From Candidatus Moanibacter sp. (GTDB lineage: Bacteria; Verrucomicrobiota; Verrucomicrobiia; Opitutales; UBA2987): a stretch of 64,000 bases of DNA. The notes under the pieces are model-generated. The model saw only the letters and a program-made list of their open reading frames with translations, did not search any database and had not been told where the DNA came from. The DNA lies in assembly GCA_965215885.1 (NCBI GenBank), contig CBDCEW010000103.1:32001-96000 (forward strand), written 5' to 3'. The translations under genes were made by a program, and so were the position numbers. This document shows, piece by piece, positions 21,001-30,553 of the stretch. How positions within the stretch are numbered: the stretch's first letter is position 1; the number at the start of each line of letters is the position of its first letter.

Positions 21001-21630
21001 TCATCTGAATCCCGGCGCCAGGGGAACGATACACATCAACATGAGAAGCAAGTAGATCAACCCCGCCAGCCGGCGCAGCTTGTTGAGCGAACGTATCGAA
21101 ACAGGTTCAGGAACCCTCTCCCCGAAAAGAGCAGTTAAGGTAGCGAGATAGGCCCACCACAACATCGATCCGATCCCGACTCCAAACCCCAATAGCAGTG
21201 TATCAATGACCCCATATTGACGAAAGTGCGGAAACAGGTGGAGGCTAACCGCAATGAAGTACGATAAATATCCGAAGAACCGCATGGGCATTGAGAAGGC
21301 GAGAGAAAAGGAGTGCATTCCCTTTAAAGGACCGGTGTATTCCAAAGAGACGACACGATTTGCGCCCACCGCGGTAATACTCATATAGAAGAGTACCGCG
21401 GCAGCGCAAATCCTGTAGAGCCAATCAAGCTCGAAGGAGTAGCGCGCCGTCATAAAAAGTAAACCCGAGGCCACTGCTGCCCAGATCACCTGTGCCGAGG
21501 CAATGCCCAGCCCAGCAGCCATTCCCGTCATCCAACCAGCGCTTCCGTCATCTTCCAGATCGCTCCTGGAAACGTCGCCACCGAGAAGACAACGCCGAGG
21601 ACGATTCCTACAAATATTAAGAAGACGGAG
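21001..21630 (-). pseudogene. LysE-family translocator, frameshifted, with no start codon before the MITE
   Basis: An upstream frame reads SVFLIFVGIVLGVVFSVATFPGAIW, then shifts to GWMTGMAAGLGIASAQ; the 5' end abuts the CTAG of the MITE at 21631. Confidence 0.6.
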
Positions 21631-21713
21631 CTAGGAATCTGTCGGACTTAGAATTCCTAGCATCCCCATGGTGCAGATTGAAGTGGTTGCAGATCGAGAT
21701 TCCGCCCTAGATA

Positions 21714-23630
21714 GACCCGATTCGAAAAGCCTTTCGAGCGGGCGGTTTAAGGTTCTCCGCCACGGGCGGACCAGCCTATGGCTGGCAGGTTTCGGGTTTT
21801 AGGCTGCCGGCGCTGCCGATGAGCAGGTATTGAGCGGCCATCGGCGTGGCTTGCTGCACAATACGTATATTTGCCGCTGTCTGGAGGCATACTCATCCCG
21901 TGGTGCTTTTTTCTCTGAGCTTCAAAGCGGTCAGATTCAGGCTGCCTGTTCCAGTTCCTCCCCTCGGCGTTTCTTCATCAGTATGATGCGGCAGAAGTTG
22001 TAGGCCAGAACCTTCTCGAGCAGTTCATCGCCTACCGCATCGATGCCGCGGCGGCCGAGTTCGCCAAAGGCAAATCCATCTTTAATCGTGAACATCAGCG
22101 ACTCCACTGCGGAGCGATCGCGGCGTGCCTCGCGATACGCCTCGCTCTCCCAGTCCTCGGGGGTGGTCAACTTCTTGCCCTTCGCCCCACTGATACTGAT
22201 CTGCTTTACCCCCATGCTCAGCACCTCCTTGCGTCCCTTCGCCGAAGCATATCCGTCATCGGTGCTGACCAGTTCAGCAATGACACCGGTGCGCTTGATC
22301 GAATCGCCGATGGCCGGCGCCAGCTCAATGGAGTCTGCCGCGTTGCCTTGCGGTACGATCAGGCTGGTGACAAAACCGTTTTCGCTGCGAACCAGTTGTG
22401 GCTTGTACCCGATCACTGGATTGCGGCTGCCCTTCTTGATGTAGGCCGCCGATCCGTCCGAGAGGCTCAGGACCTTCTGTGTGGACGGTAGCTTCTTTTC
22501 GTGAAACACCCGATCATGAGCATACTCAACAACCCGCTTGGCGTCGGCAATATCGCCCCTGATCTGGCTCAATGCCCGCTCCAGAAGCTCCCGGCGAGTG
22601 GGAGGCAGTGAATCCATCGACAGGCCCTCTTCAAGATGGCTCAGTTCCCCCGTTAGTGAGTCGGCCGCCTTGCGGCCCCGCTTGAGCAACCGCCGGTAGT
22701 GTTTCTTCAGCTTGCCCTTCGACTTCGGTTTGCCCGCGGCCAGACAAATCTGAAACTCCAGCTTGTCCATCTCCTGCAGCCAACGCCCAACCCATCCCTT
22801 GCGAAAATCCTCCAGCCCGAATATATGCAACTTCTGACCCAAACGATTGGCCCGCATCAAAAGACCGCTCAGAATCCTCCCATCGGTGGGCCAGCAGCTG
22901 TTTGCTTTCACCGAGGTGCTGTCGATCGTCAGCTTCCCGAAATCGTCCCATTGCTCCTGGAGGATAAACCCAATCTGTTTATCAAAGATCAGCTCGCGGG
23001 TCCTATGGCTGACCAGGTTCACGTTCTCCAGAATCGTCGTCACCGCCGGCATCCTCAGTCCCCGCCTCTGAAGAAATCCGTACAAGCTCATCGACTCGCG
23101 CAGAAACCGCCGTGCCGGTTTCGTGGTCAACGAACCGAGAAACCCACGAATCATCACGAACACGTATACCGCATAAGCCGGCATCCGCGGCCGGCCTACC
23201 GCAAGATTCAATTCAGCAGCCAGAATATTCTCCTCCTCGATGTCCAGCTCCGGCAGCTCCGCTGTGCGCCCTTCAAAGAACCTTCGATCTTCCAATCGAA
23301 GTTTCTTCTTCTCACGCGCATGGGCGTCCAGATCCTTCTCGATCGCCTCGATGATTTGCGGCGCGAACCCGGCCAATTCTTCAACTTCATCCAGAAAATC
23401 ACGGAAATCCGTGTCTGGAACCGGCAGAATGAGGTTGCTAAGGGGCGTCTTATCGCTTTTGTTCTCCTCTGTCGCACATGTTGGCATGTTTAACTCCTTT
23501 CTTAATCTTAGGTTGTTAAACACTAGCATGTTGCGACACTTTTTATCAAGCCAAAAAATGATTTTTCTCAAGTTTTTCTTGCGCCTTTTGCGCCTCTTTG
23601 CGGCCAATCAGTAGCTTTTCGGATAAGGTC
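21714..23630 (-). mobile_element. IS5/ISNCY-like insertion sequence, copy A (1917 bp)
   Basis: TIR GACCCGATTCGAAAAGC / GACCTTATCCGAAAAGC; flanked by TAGATA direct repeats. Confidence 0.9.
21937..23487 (-). CDS. DDE transposase (IS5/ISNCY-like), 516 aa
   Basis: IDSTSVKANSCWPTD, STDDGY and RSAVES motifs; AAGGAG RBS before ATG 23487. Confidence 0.88.
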   Translation of the reverse strand: MPTCATEENKSDKTPLSNLILPVPDTDFRDFLDEVEELAGFAPQIIEAIEKDLDAHAREKKKLRLEDRRFFEGRTAELPELDIEEENILAAELNLAVGRPRMPAYAVYVFVMIRGFLGSLTTKPARRFLRESMSLYGFLQRRGLRMPAVTTILENVNLVSHRTRELIFDKQIGFILQEQWDDFGKLTIDSTSVKANSCWPTDGRILSGLLMRANRLGQKLHIFGLEDFRKGWVGRWLQEMDKLEFQICLAAGKPKSKGKLKKHYRRLLKRGRKAADSLTGELSHLEEGLSMDSLPPTRRELLERALSQIRGDIADAKRVVEYAHDRVFHEKKLPSTQKVLSLSDGSAAYIKKGSRNPVIGYKPQLVRSENGFVTSLIVPQGNAADSIELAPAIGDSIKRTGVIAELVSTDDGYASAKGRKEVLSMGVKQISISGAKGKKLTTPEDWESEAYREARRDRSAVESLMFTIKDGFAFGELGRRGIDAVGDELLEKVLAYNFCRIILMKKRRGEELEQAA

Positions 23631-23636
23631 TAGATA

Positions 23637-25553
23637 GACCCCATTCGAAAAGCCTTTCGAGCGGGCGGTTTAAGGTTCTCCGCCACGGGCGGACCAGCCT
23701 ATGGCTGGCAGGTTTCGGGTTTTAGGCTGCCGGCGCTGCCGATGAGCAGGTATTGAGCGGCCATCGGCGTGGCTTGCTGCACAATACGTATATTTGCCGC
23801 TGTCTGGAGGCATACTCATCCCGTGGTGCTTTTTTCTCTGAGCTTCAAAGCGGTCAGATTCAGGCTGCCTGTTCCAGTTCCTCCCCTCGGCGTTTCTTCA
23901 TCAGTATGATGCGGCAGAAGTTGTAGGCCAGAACCTTCTCGAGCAGTTCATCGCCTACCGCATCGATGCCGCGGCGGCCGAGTTCGCCAAAGGCAAATCC
24001 ATCTTTAATCGTGAACATCAGCGACTCCACTGCGGAGCGATCGCGGCGTGCCTCGCGATACGCCTCGCTCTCCCAGTCCTCGGGGGTGGTCAACTTCTTG
24101 CCCTTCGCCCCACTGATACTGATCTGCTTTACCCCCATGCTCAGCACCTCCTTGCGTCCCTTCGCCGAAGCATATCCGTCATCGGTGCTGACCAGTTCAG
24201 CAATGACACCGGTGCGCTTGATCGAATCGCCGATGGCCGGCGCCAGCTCAATGGAGTCTGCCGCGTTGCCTTGCGGTACGATCAGGCTGGTGACAAAACC
24301 GTTTTCGCTGCGAACCAGTTGTGGCTTGTACCCGATCACTGGATTGCGGCTGCCCTTCTTGATGTAGGCCGCCGATCCGTCCGAGAGGCTCAGGACCTTC
24401 TGTGTGGACGGTAGCTTCTTTTCGTGAAACACCCGATCATGAGCATACTCAACAACCCGCTTGGCGTCGGCAATATCGCCCCTGATCTGGCTCAATGCCC
24501 GCTCCAGAAGCTCCCGGCGAGTGGGAGGCAGTGAATCCATCGACAGGCCCTCTTCAAGATGGCTCAGTTCCCCCGTTAGTGAGTCGGCCGCCTTGCGGCC
24601 CCGCTTGAGCAACCGCCGGTAGTGTTTCTTCAGCTTGCCCTTCGACTTCGGTTTGCCCGCGGCCAGACAAATCTGAAACTCCAGCTTGTCCATTTCCTCC
24701 AGCCAACGCCCAACCCATCCCTTGCGAAAATCCTCCAGCCCGAAGACATGCAACTTCTGACCCAAACGATTGGCCCGCATCAAAAGACCGCTCAGAATCT
24801 TCCCATCGGTGGGCCAGCAGCTGTTTGCTTTCACCGAGGTGCTGTCGATCGTCAGCTTCCCGAAATCGTCCCATTGCTCCTGGAGGATAAACCCAATCTG
24901 TTTATCAAAGATCAACTCGCGGGTCGTATGGCTGACCAGGTTCACGTTCTCCAGAATCGTCGTCACCGCCGGCATTCTCAGTCCCCCGCTCTGCAAAAAT
25001 CCGTACAAGCTCATCGACTCGCGCACAAACCGCCGTGCCGGTTTCGTGGTCAACGAACCCAGAAACCCTCGAATCATCACGAACACGTATACCGCATAAG
25101 CCGGCATCCGCGGCCGGCCTGCCCCAAGATTCAATTCAGCAGCCAGAATATTCTCCTCCTCGATGTCCAGCTCCGGCAGCTCCGCTGTGCGCCCTTCAAA
25201 GAACCTGCGATCTTCCAATCGAAGTTTCTTCTTCTCACGCGCATGGGCGTCCAGATCCTTCTCGATCGCCTCGATGATTTGCGCCGCGAACCCGGCCAAT
25301 TCTTCAACTTCATCCAGAAAATCACGGAAATCCGTGTCTGGAACCGGCAGAATGAGGTTGCTAAGGGGCGTCTTATCGCTTTTGTTCTCCTCTGTCGCAC
25401 ATGTTGGCATGTTTAACTCCTTTCTTAATCTTAGGTTGTTAAACACTAGCATGTTGCGACACTTTTTATCAAGCCAAAAAATGATTTTTCTCAAGTTTTT
25501 CTTGCGCCTTTTGCGCCTCTTTGCGGCCAATCAGTAGCTTTTCGGATAAGGTC
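23637..25553 (-). mobile_element. IS5/ISNCY-like insertion sequence, copy B (1917 bp)
   Basis: Direct tandem repeat of copy A with about 20 substitutions; separated from it by TAGATA. Confidence 0.9.
23860..25410 (-). CDS. DDE transposase (IS5/ISNCY-like), 516 aa
   Basis: Same motifs as copy A. Confidence 0.88.
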   Translation of the reverse strand: MPTCATEENKSDKTPLSNLILPVPDTDFRDFLDEVEELAGFAAQIIEAIEKDLDAHAREKKKLRLEDRRFFEGRTAELPELDIEEENILAAELNLGAGRPRMPAYAVYVFVMIRGFLGSLTTKPARRFVRESMSLYGFLQSGGLRMPAVTTILENVNLVSHTTRELIFDKQIGFILQEQWDDFGKLTIDSTSVKANSCWPTDGKILSGLLMRANRLGQKLHVFGLEDFRKGWVGRWLEEMDKLEFQICLAAGKPKSKGKLKKHYRRLLKRGRKAADSLTGELSHLEEGLSMDSLPPTRRELLERALSQIRGDIADAKRVVEYAHDRVFHEKKLPSTQKVLSLSDGSAAYIKKGSRNPVIGYKPQLVRSENGFVTSLIVPQGNAADSIELAPAIGDSIKRTGVIAELVSTDDGYASAKGRKEVLSMGVKQISISGAKGKKLTTPEDWESEAYREARRDRSAVESLMFTIKDGFAFGELGRRGIDAVGDELLEKVLAYNFCRIILMKKRRGEELEQAA

Positions 25554-25573
25554 TAGATAGGACCGACAGATTC

Positions 25574-26389
25574 CTAGCGCATCAATGGTAAAACAAAGAT
25601 AATCTCGCTACTCTCTTCTCCTCTATTGATAAAATCTATCTGACCATTGTGCCGGTTTGCAAACTGTACCGCAAAATATAACTCAGGCTGCCTTTCACCA
25701 AGCCCTTCCAATCGGTCAATTTTGGGATCGGAAATCTCTTCCAACTGCGCCTCGCAAATACTCGTCTCAACCTTCTCAACACCGATTGCTACGGCCGAGT
25801 CTCTGCCTCTCAGCGGTTCCGGAATAGCCTCCATATATTTCGATTCACTCGACCTGAAGCGCTTTACGTAGATCTCTACATCCTTTCCTCTCGAGGTATC
25901 CCGCCCCGTGCCCATTATGAGGTGCATAAGACCCTGCCGCAGCCAGACTCGGTCCAGCATTAAAGGAAATTCCCCTTCTTCCACAGAGACGGCAAAATTA
26001 ACACCGTTAGGCATTGCCGCTTTCAGGAGATACACTTGGCTCTTTACGAACTCCCCCAGATCGACGAGCGCCCGTTCTCCACGTCGCTCACCGTTGATTT
26101 CGGCAATTTGCCTCACAATCGTATGGGCGCGATTAGAACTATCCCGAAGCAGCTGCAGATCTTCCTGGAGCGGATGGTCCTGATCGATCGAGTCGGAGCA
26201 ATTCGCGCTTAACGAACTAATTCCTGTAATCAGATTGCTGAAATCGTGTAGCAGACCACCTATCGCGCCGGACTGGGCGCGTGCCGAAGATGCCCTGAGA
26301 ATGAACTCTTCGAACCGTGAAACCCTGGCCTCATTTAATGTCGTTGCCCTTAACCGTGTCTGTGTGGCGGGGTCGTGCAGGATACTCAT
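25574..26389 (-). CDS. Sensor-less histidine kinase-like protein (HisKA with degenerate HATPase)
   Basis: H-box LLHDFSNLITGI; N, G1, F and G2 boxes degenerate (LMHLIMG in place of N..xN; no DxGxG). Confidence 0.65.
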   Translation of the reverse strand: MSILHDPATQTRLRATTLNEARVSRFEEFILRASSARAQSGAIGGLLHDFSNLITGISSLSANCSDSIDQDHPLQEDLQLLRDSSNRAHTIVRQIAEINGERRGERALVDLGEFVKSQVYLLKAAMPNGVNFAVSVEEGEFPLMLDRVWLRQGLMHLIMGTGRDTSRGKDVEIYVKRFRSSESKYMEAIPEPLRGRDSAVAIGVEKVETSICEAQLEEISDPKIDRLEGLGERQPELYFAVQFANRHNGQIDFINRGEESSEIIFVLPLMR

Positions 26390-26395
26390 TGTGCA

Positions 26396-27820
26396 CTACG
26401 CATTCTCTTGGAAACGATATTGCTTGAGTTTATTGCGCAGTGTCCGGCTGCTGATTTTGAGCAGCTTAGCCGCGTGCGTTCGATTCCCCCCCGTCAACTC
26501 GAGCGAGTAGAAAATGTGGCGTCTCTGCATTTCCTCCATCGTGGGAACGGAAAGGTCCCCTGAATCCAGCGACATTCTTTCACTCCCGACTGCAATTCCG
26601 TTTAATCCGGAATTCTGTCGCAGGAACCCTGCGGATTTCTCAGCCTCGCTTCCGCGACGACTCACCAAACCCAGTGCGGCAGGTTCAATAACGTCACCAT
26701 CCTCGGAGAGGATGACTACCCTTTCGATCAAGTTTTTTAATTCCCGTATGTTTCCGGGCCAATCATGTGCCACCAGGCATTCATTCGCCTCCTCGGCGAT
26801 ACCCCGAATCTTTACCCCATGCTGACGACTGAGCCTTTCCTCGAAGTGCTTCGCCAACATAGGTATGTCTTCTCTTCGTTCCCTCAGAGGCGGATTCACT
26901 ATCGGGAAAACATTGAGCCGATAATAGAGATCCTCACGAAACACGCCCTTTTGCACGCACTTCGCCAGATCCCTGTTTGTCGTGGCAATAACTCGCACAT
27001 CGACCCTGATTGTCTTACTTCCTCCTACCCGCTCAAATTCACTCTCCTGCAAGACACGAAGTAATTTCGCCTGCAACGCCGGTGATATCTCGCTCACTTC
27101 ATCCAGAAGGATGGTCCCTCCATCGGCCAATTCAAAACGTCCTTCGTGCCGCCTGTCCGCCCCCGTAAAGGCGCCTTTCTCGTGCCCGAAAAATTCGCTC
27201 TCTATTAAGGTCTCCGATACAGAGGCGCAGTTTACTTTTATGAAGGGTGCTCCGCCACGCCTGCTCGCCTTGTGAATCTCGCTCGCTATCAGCTCCTTGC
27301 CCGTTCCACTCTCACCCTGTATCAACACCGTGGCTTTTTTCGGCGCTACTTTTCTAATCAGCTTTCGCACATTCCCGATGGCTCTGCTGCTGCCCATCAG
27401 TTCCGACCTCTCATCATCACCCTGACTGTAGAATCTGTTGACTTTTACGAGGTGGCTATACGTTTCCGCCTTCCTGATAACCATCTCTATCTGATTTATT
27501 GAAAATGGCTTTATCAGGTAGTCAAACGCTCCCGCTCGCATGCAATTCACTGCCGACTCGACCGATGCATAACCCGTCATCATCACAACCAGAGTCGGGT
27601 CCTGTTTCTTCATGATCGTCCTTAGCAGCTCCGTTCCATCTCCGTCCGGTAGCCGCAGATCCATGAATACCAGTTCAAACTGGTCCCTCTGTAGATATCG
27701 ATTCGCCGCTTTTATCGTGGCCGCCGTTGCTACAGTATACCGCTTCTTTTGCAGTTGCTGTTGCAGCGATTTCCGAATGATTAACTCGTCGTCTAAGACT
27801 AGGATCTTCTCGAATGCCAC
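26396..27820 (-). CDS. Sigma54-dependent NtrC/Fis-family response regulator
   Basis: Receiver domain (LDDE, DLRLPDG, KPF), GESGTGKE, GAFTGA and a Fis HTH; GTG start at 27820 is likely. Confidence 0.93.
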   Translation of the reverse strand: MAFEKILVLDDELIIRKSLQQQLQKKRYTVATAATIKAANRYLQRDQFELVFMDLRLPDGDGTELLRTIMKKQDPTLVVMMTGYASVESAVNCMRAGAFDYLIKPFSINQIEMVIRKAETYSHLVKVNRFYSQGDDERSELMGSSRAIGNVRKLIRKVAPKKATVLIQGESGTGKELIASEIHKASRRGGAPFIKVNCASVSETLIESEFFGHEKGAFTGADRRHEGRFELADGGTILLDEVSEISPALQAKLLRVLQESEFERVGGSKTIRVDVRVIATTNRDLAKCVQKGVFREDLYYRLNVFPIVNPPLRERREDIPMLAKHFEERLSRQHGVKIRGIAEEANECLVAHDWPGNIRELKNLIERVVILSEDGDVIEPAALGLVSRRGSEAEKSAGFLRQNSGLNGIAVGSERMSLDSGDLSVPTMEEMQRRHIFYSLELTGGNRTHAAKLLKISSRTLRNKLKQYRFQENA

Positions 27821-28058
27821 GGCTGCGATTGTCAATAAACAGGGTTCTCTTTCAGCGTTTCTTGCGACTTGAATATCGAAAACAACTGCCCAAAAAAAAC
27901 GCAAACTCTATTTTGCGCAAACTTGTAGAAAAAATGTAAACCGGTAATTCGCGTCGAAAAGTCGAATGAGAAAAATGCTTTCCTTTTCTTGGGAAATGAA
28001 AAGTATGCTATCCACTGAATTGATATGCCACCGTTCGATAATCGTGGGGAGAACAGGA

Positions 28059-28283
28059 ATGGAAAGAGGACATGCGCCGGCAAACTCGTTGCGTAGGATA
28101 ATTCACGATCTCAACGGTGAGCTCTTTCTCATAAGGGGATTCGCGGACATCACGATGGTTTCGCTCAGCGACAACGAAGTTGCCAAAAAGAACGTCACCA
28201 GGATCCTGGAAAGGTCCGATGAATTCGAGAATATCATCAAGAGGCTGCGTAAGAAGCAACAGGAGTTGGAGCCCGACCCTTGA
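28059..28283 (+). CDS. Stand-alone HisKA/DHp-like small protein (74 aa)
   Basis: RRIIHDLNGELFLIRGFADI H-box followed by a second helix. Confidence 0.6.
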   Translation: MERGHAPANSLRRIIHDLNGELFLIRGFADITMVSLSDNEVAKKNVTRILERSDEFENIIKRLRKKQQELEPDP

Positions 28284-28380
28284 CGATATCCGTGTTCCGC
28301 AGCCTGTCTCGGATACGCAGTGATTCATTCGCTTTAAGCCGGCTGCATTCAGGCCGATAAATTAGACAGAATCCGTGTCT

Positions 28381-28647
28381 ATGAAATCGGTCCCGGCAGA
28401 CGAAAATGGCGAAAGTGCACCCAGGAGCCAGAGAAAGAGAAAATCCCGTCGCATGTCCACAAAGTCGAAGGAGTCCGTAGCGAATTCCCAAGAGGAGCGG
28501 AAGGAGGATTCTAAGAAAGGCAAAGGGGTACGGCCTGAGGTTGTTGGTAAAGGGGAGCGCCTGGCTTCGGATCCCAATTACCCGGATGATGCGATCTTGA
28601 AAAAGATATCCAAGGACATCACTGAGGAACTCCTGGAGGACGACTAG
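28381..28647 (+). CDS. Small charged hypothetical protein
   Basis: Basic/acidic low-complexity ORF ending DPNYPDDAILKKIS. Confidence 0.5.
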   Translation: MKSVPADENGESAPRSQRKRKSRRMSTKSKESVANSQEERKEDSKKGKGVRPEVVGKGERLASDPNYPDDAILKKISKDITEELLEDD

Positions 28648-28795
28648 GCCCTTACAAACTTCCCATCGTGTCATAATCGTAATCTAAAATCGACTATCGA
28701 CTCGAGATCACGGCCTGCCATGAGCCGTCGAATGGATTGAGAGTCACGATGAAAGAGGCGAGTTAGTTCATACTTCTCATCGGGAATCAAACCAC

Positions 28796-28868
28796 GTGTA
28801 GCCGCGGCCGCTAAGGACGCGGACCGACGGGCCCGCATTCACCGCGTCCTTAGCGGCCGCGGCTACAC
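28796..28868. repeat. REP-like inverted repeat pair (GTAG-type), copy 2
   Basis: GTGTAGCCGCGGCCGCTAAGGACGCGG ... CCGCGTCCTTAGCGGCCGCGGCTACAC, perfect 27-bp arms. Confidence 0.82.
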
Positions 28869-29000
28869 CTCGCTCTCCATCGGGCAACCCGCGATCGGAA
28901 CAGGCTCTGTCAAATCCGTGGGGCCGTTCCCTCATCGTAAACGACCGGTGAACTGCCCTATGGATCGCGGCATGCGCGAGGATCCTGGCAGTGTCCGGGT

Positions 29001-30485
29001 TCAAGAGGCTGCGAGCGGTTCGCCTGTTCGGGTCGGCTTCCAATTCGCCGGAGCGAGTTCGGCGATCTCGGTGATGTTCATGTCCGGCAATCTTTTGAGG
29101 ACGTCAGTGAGGTAAGCGGATGGTTCAATTGCGTGCCGCCGGCAACTCTCAATGATCGAGTAAATTACGGCGCTTCTCCAACCGGCCTTGGGGTGGCCGA
29201 TGAACATCCAGTTTTTCTTTCCCAGGGCGGTCGGCCGGATAGCATTCTCAATGAGGTTATTGTCGATTTCAACCTTGCCATGCTCGAGGTAGCGCTTGAG
29301 TGATTCCCACTGGTTCAGAGCATACTCAACGGCTTCACCCATTTTGCTCCGCGGCAAGGCCCGCCGTTTGAGTATAGGCAAGGCTTTGCCCAAGCGTTCC
29401 ACGATCATCCGACCATGGCTTTTCCGGTAGGCTTCGCGCAAGGCGGGACCGGCCCGCTGTTCGCGCAGAGGGCGCTCGTCTCTGTAGAGATTGTGGATCT
29501 GCCGCACCACCCAGCCGGCCAGCTTCGGATTCTCATCCATCGCCTCCACAAATTTGCGTCGCAGGTGTGCCCAGCACCCAAACAGGGTAATCCCGTTATG
29601 CTCCCGGGCGAAACTGCCATAGGCTGCGTAACCGTCGGTTTGGAGCAACCCTTCGTATCCGTTGAGGAACTGCTCGAGACATTTTACCCCACGGCCTGTG
29701 TGCCAGTCGTAGAGCACCTCGCCGCCGGGTCGCCCGTAGACCCCCAGGTATCCTTTCCTGCAGCCCTCTTTCTTGCCTGCGTCCGGATCCAGGTAGCGGA
29801 TGGGCGTTTCGTCCGCCTGGATGTAACCGCCCTCGAACAATTGTAAGCACATGTAGTTGTAGATGGGTTTTAGCCATTGCGCTACCTGGTGGATCCAATC
29901 GAGCATGCTCTGGCGCGCCACCCTTACTCCGTAGCGTTCCCGGAAAATCTTCTCCTGCCGATACAACGGCAGGTGATCGACGTATTTGCTCAGTAATAGT
30001 GCACCAAAAGCCCCACTCCAGGGCCGCGATGGTAATGGCGCCAGCACGGGAGGTTCCTGGGGCTTTTCGCGAGATACATATTTGCGCCGTATATAGCGCC
30101 GCCTGATAAATCGGGCCGGGAGCAAATCTAACTCTTCAGTGACTTCCTCACCGATCAACCGCCACTTTTGCGGTTCAACCTTCACCGCTTCGGGTTCGAT
30201 TACGATCTCTTCGACTTCCAGGTGCTCGGGCAGACGCTGTCGCCTCGCCCCAGCTCCTTTGCGCGCCTTCGGCTCGGGTGGTGGCTCTGCCGTTTGCTCA
30301 GCGGGTTTGTTTTCCTCGGCCTGCTCCAGCCCGGCCAGGAGCAATTCCAGCTGTCCCGGATCGATCCGCTCGCTTTGGTTGCCTCCAAAGTAGCGCTTAA
30401 TGAGCCAGCCGATCTTCTGACGTAAAAGCCGATTCTCCTCTCGGAGTTGCTCCAGCTCTGTTTGCAAAACCTCGACTTCAGGCAT
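29001..30485 (-). CDS. tnpC: IS66 TnpC DDE transposase
   Basis: SKYVDHLPLYRQ, ADETP, LQTDGY, CWAHLRRKF and IDNNLIENAIRP motifs. Confidence 0.93.
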   Translation of the reverse strand: MPEVEVLQTELEQLREENRLLRQKIGWLIKRYFGGNQSERIDPGQLELLLAGLEQAEENKPAEQTAEPPPEPKARKGAGARRQRLPEHLEVEEIVIEPEAVKVEPQKWRLIGEEVTEELDLLPARFIRRRYIRRKYVSREKPQEPPVLAPLPSRPWSGAFGALLLSKYVDHLPLYRQEKIFRERYGVRVARQSMLDWIHQVAQWLKPIYNYMCLQLFEGGYIQADETPIRYLDPDAGKKEGCRKGYLGVYGRPGGEVLYDWHTGRGVKCLEQFLNGYEGLLQTDGYAAYGSFAREHNGITLFGCWAHLRRKFVEAMDENPKLAGWVVRQIHNLYRDERPLREQRAGPALREAYRKSHGRMIVERLGKALPILKRRALPRSKMGEAVEYALNQWESLKRYLEHGKVEIDNNLIENAIRPTALGKKNWMFIGHPKAGWRSAVIYSIIESCRRHAIEPSAYLTDVLKRLPDMNITEIAELAPANWKPTRTGEPLAAS

Positions 30486-30553
30486 GAAAACAATACTAAA
30501 CTAACGGTAATAAGAAAAGCACTACTTTTTTCAAAAAAATCACTTTTTTTGAC

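Larger units (their letters stand above)
21631..25577. mobile_element. MITE family 1 copy (21631-21713 + 25560-25577) split by a tandem IS insertion
   Basis: The rejoined halves align with the intact copy at 55641-55740; ends CTAGGAATCTGTCGG ... CCGACAGATTCCTAG. Confidence 0.88.

Noticed and set aside
23488..23607. N-terminal 40 aa of the 556-aa transposase ORFs (also 25411-25530)
   Set aside because: Lys/Arg-rich read-through of the IS promoter region; the RBS supports ATG at 23487/25410.
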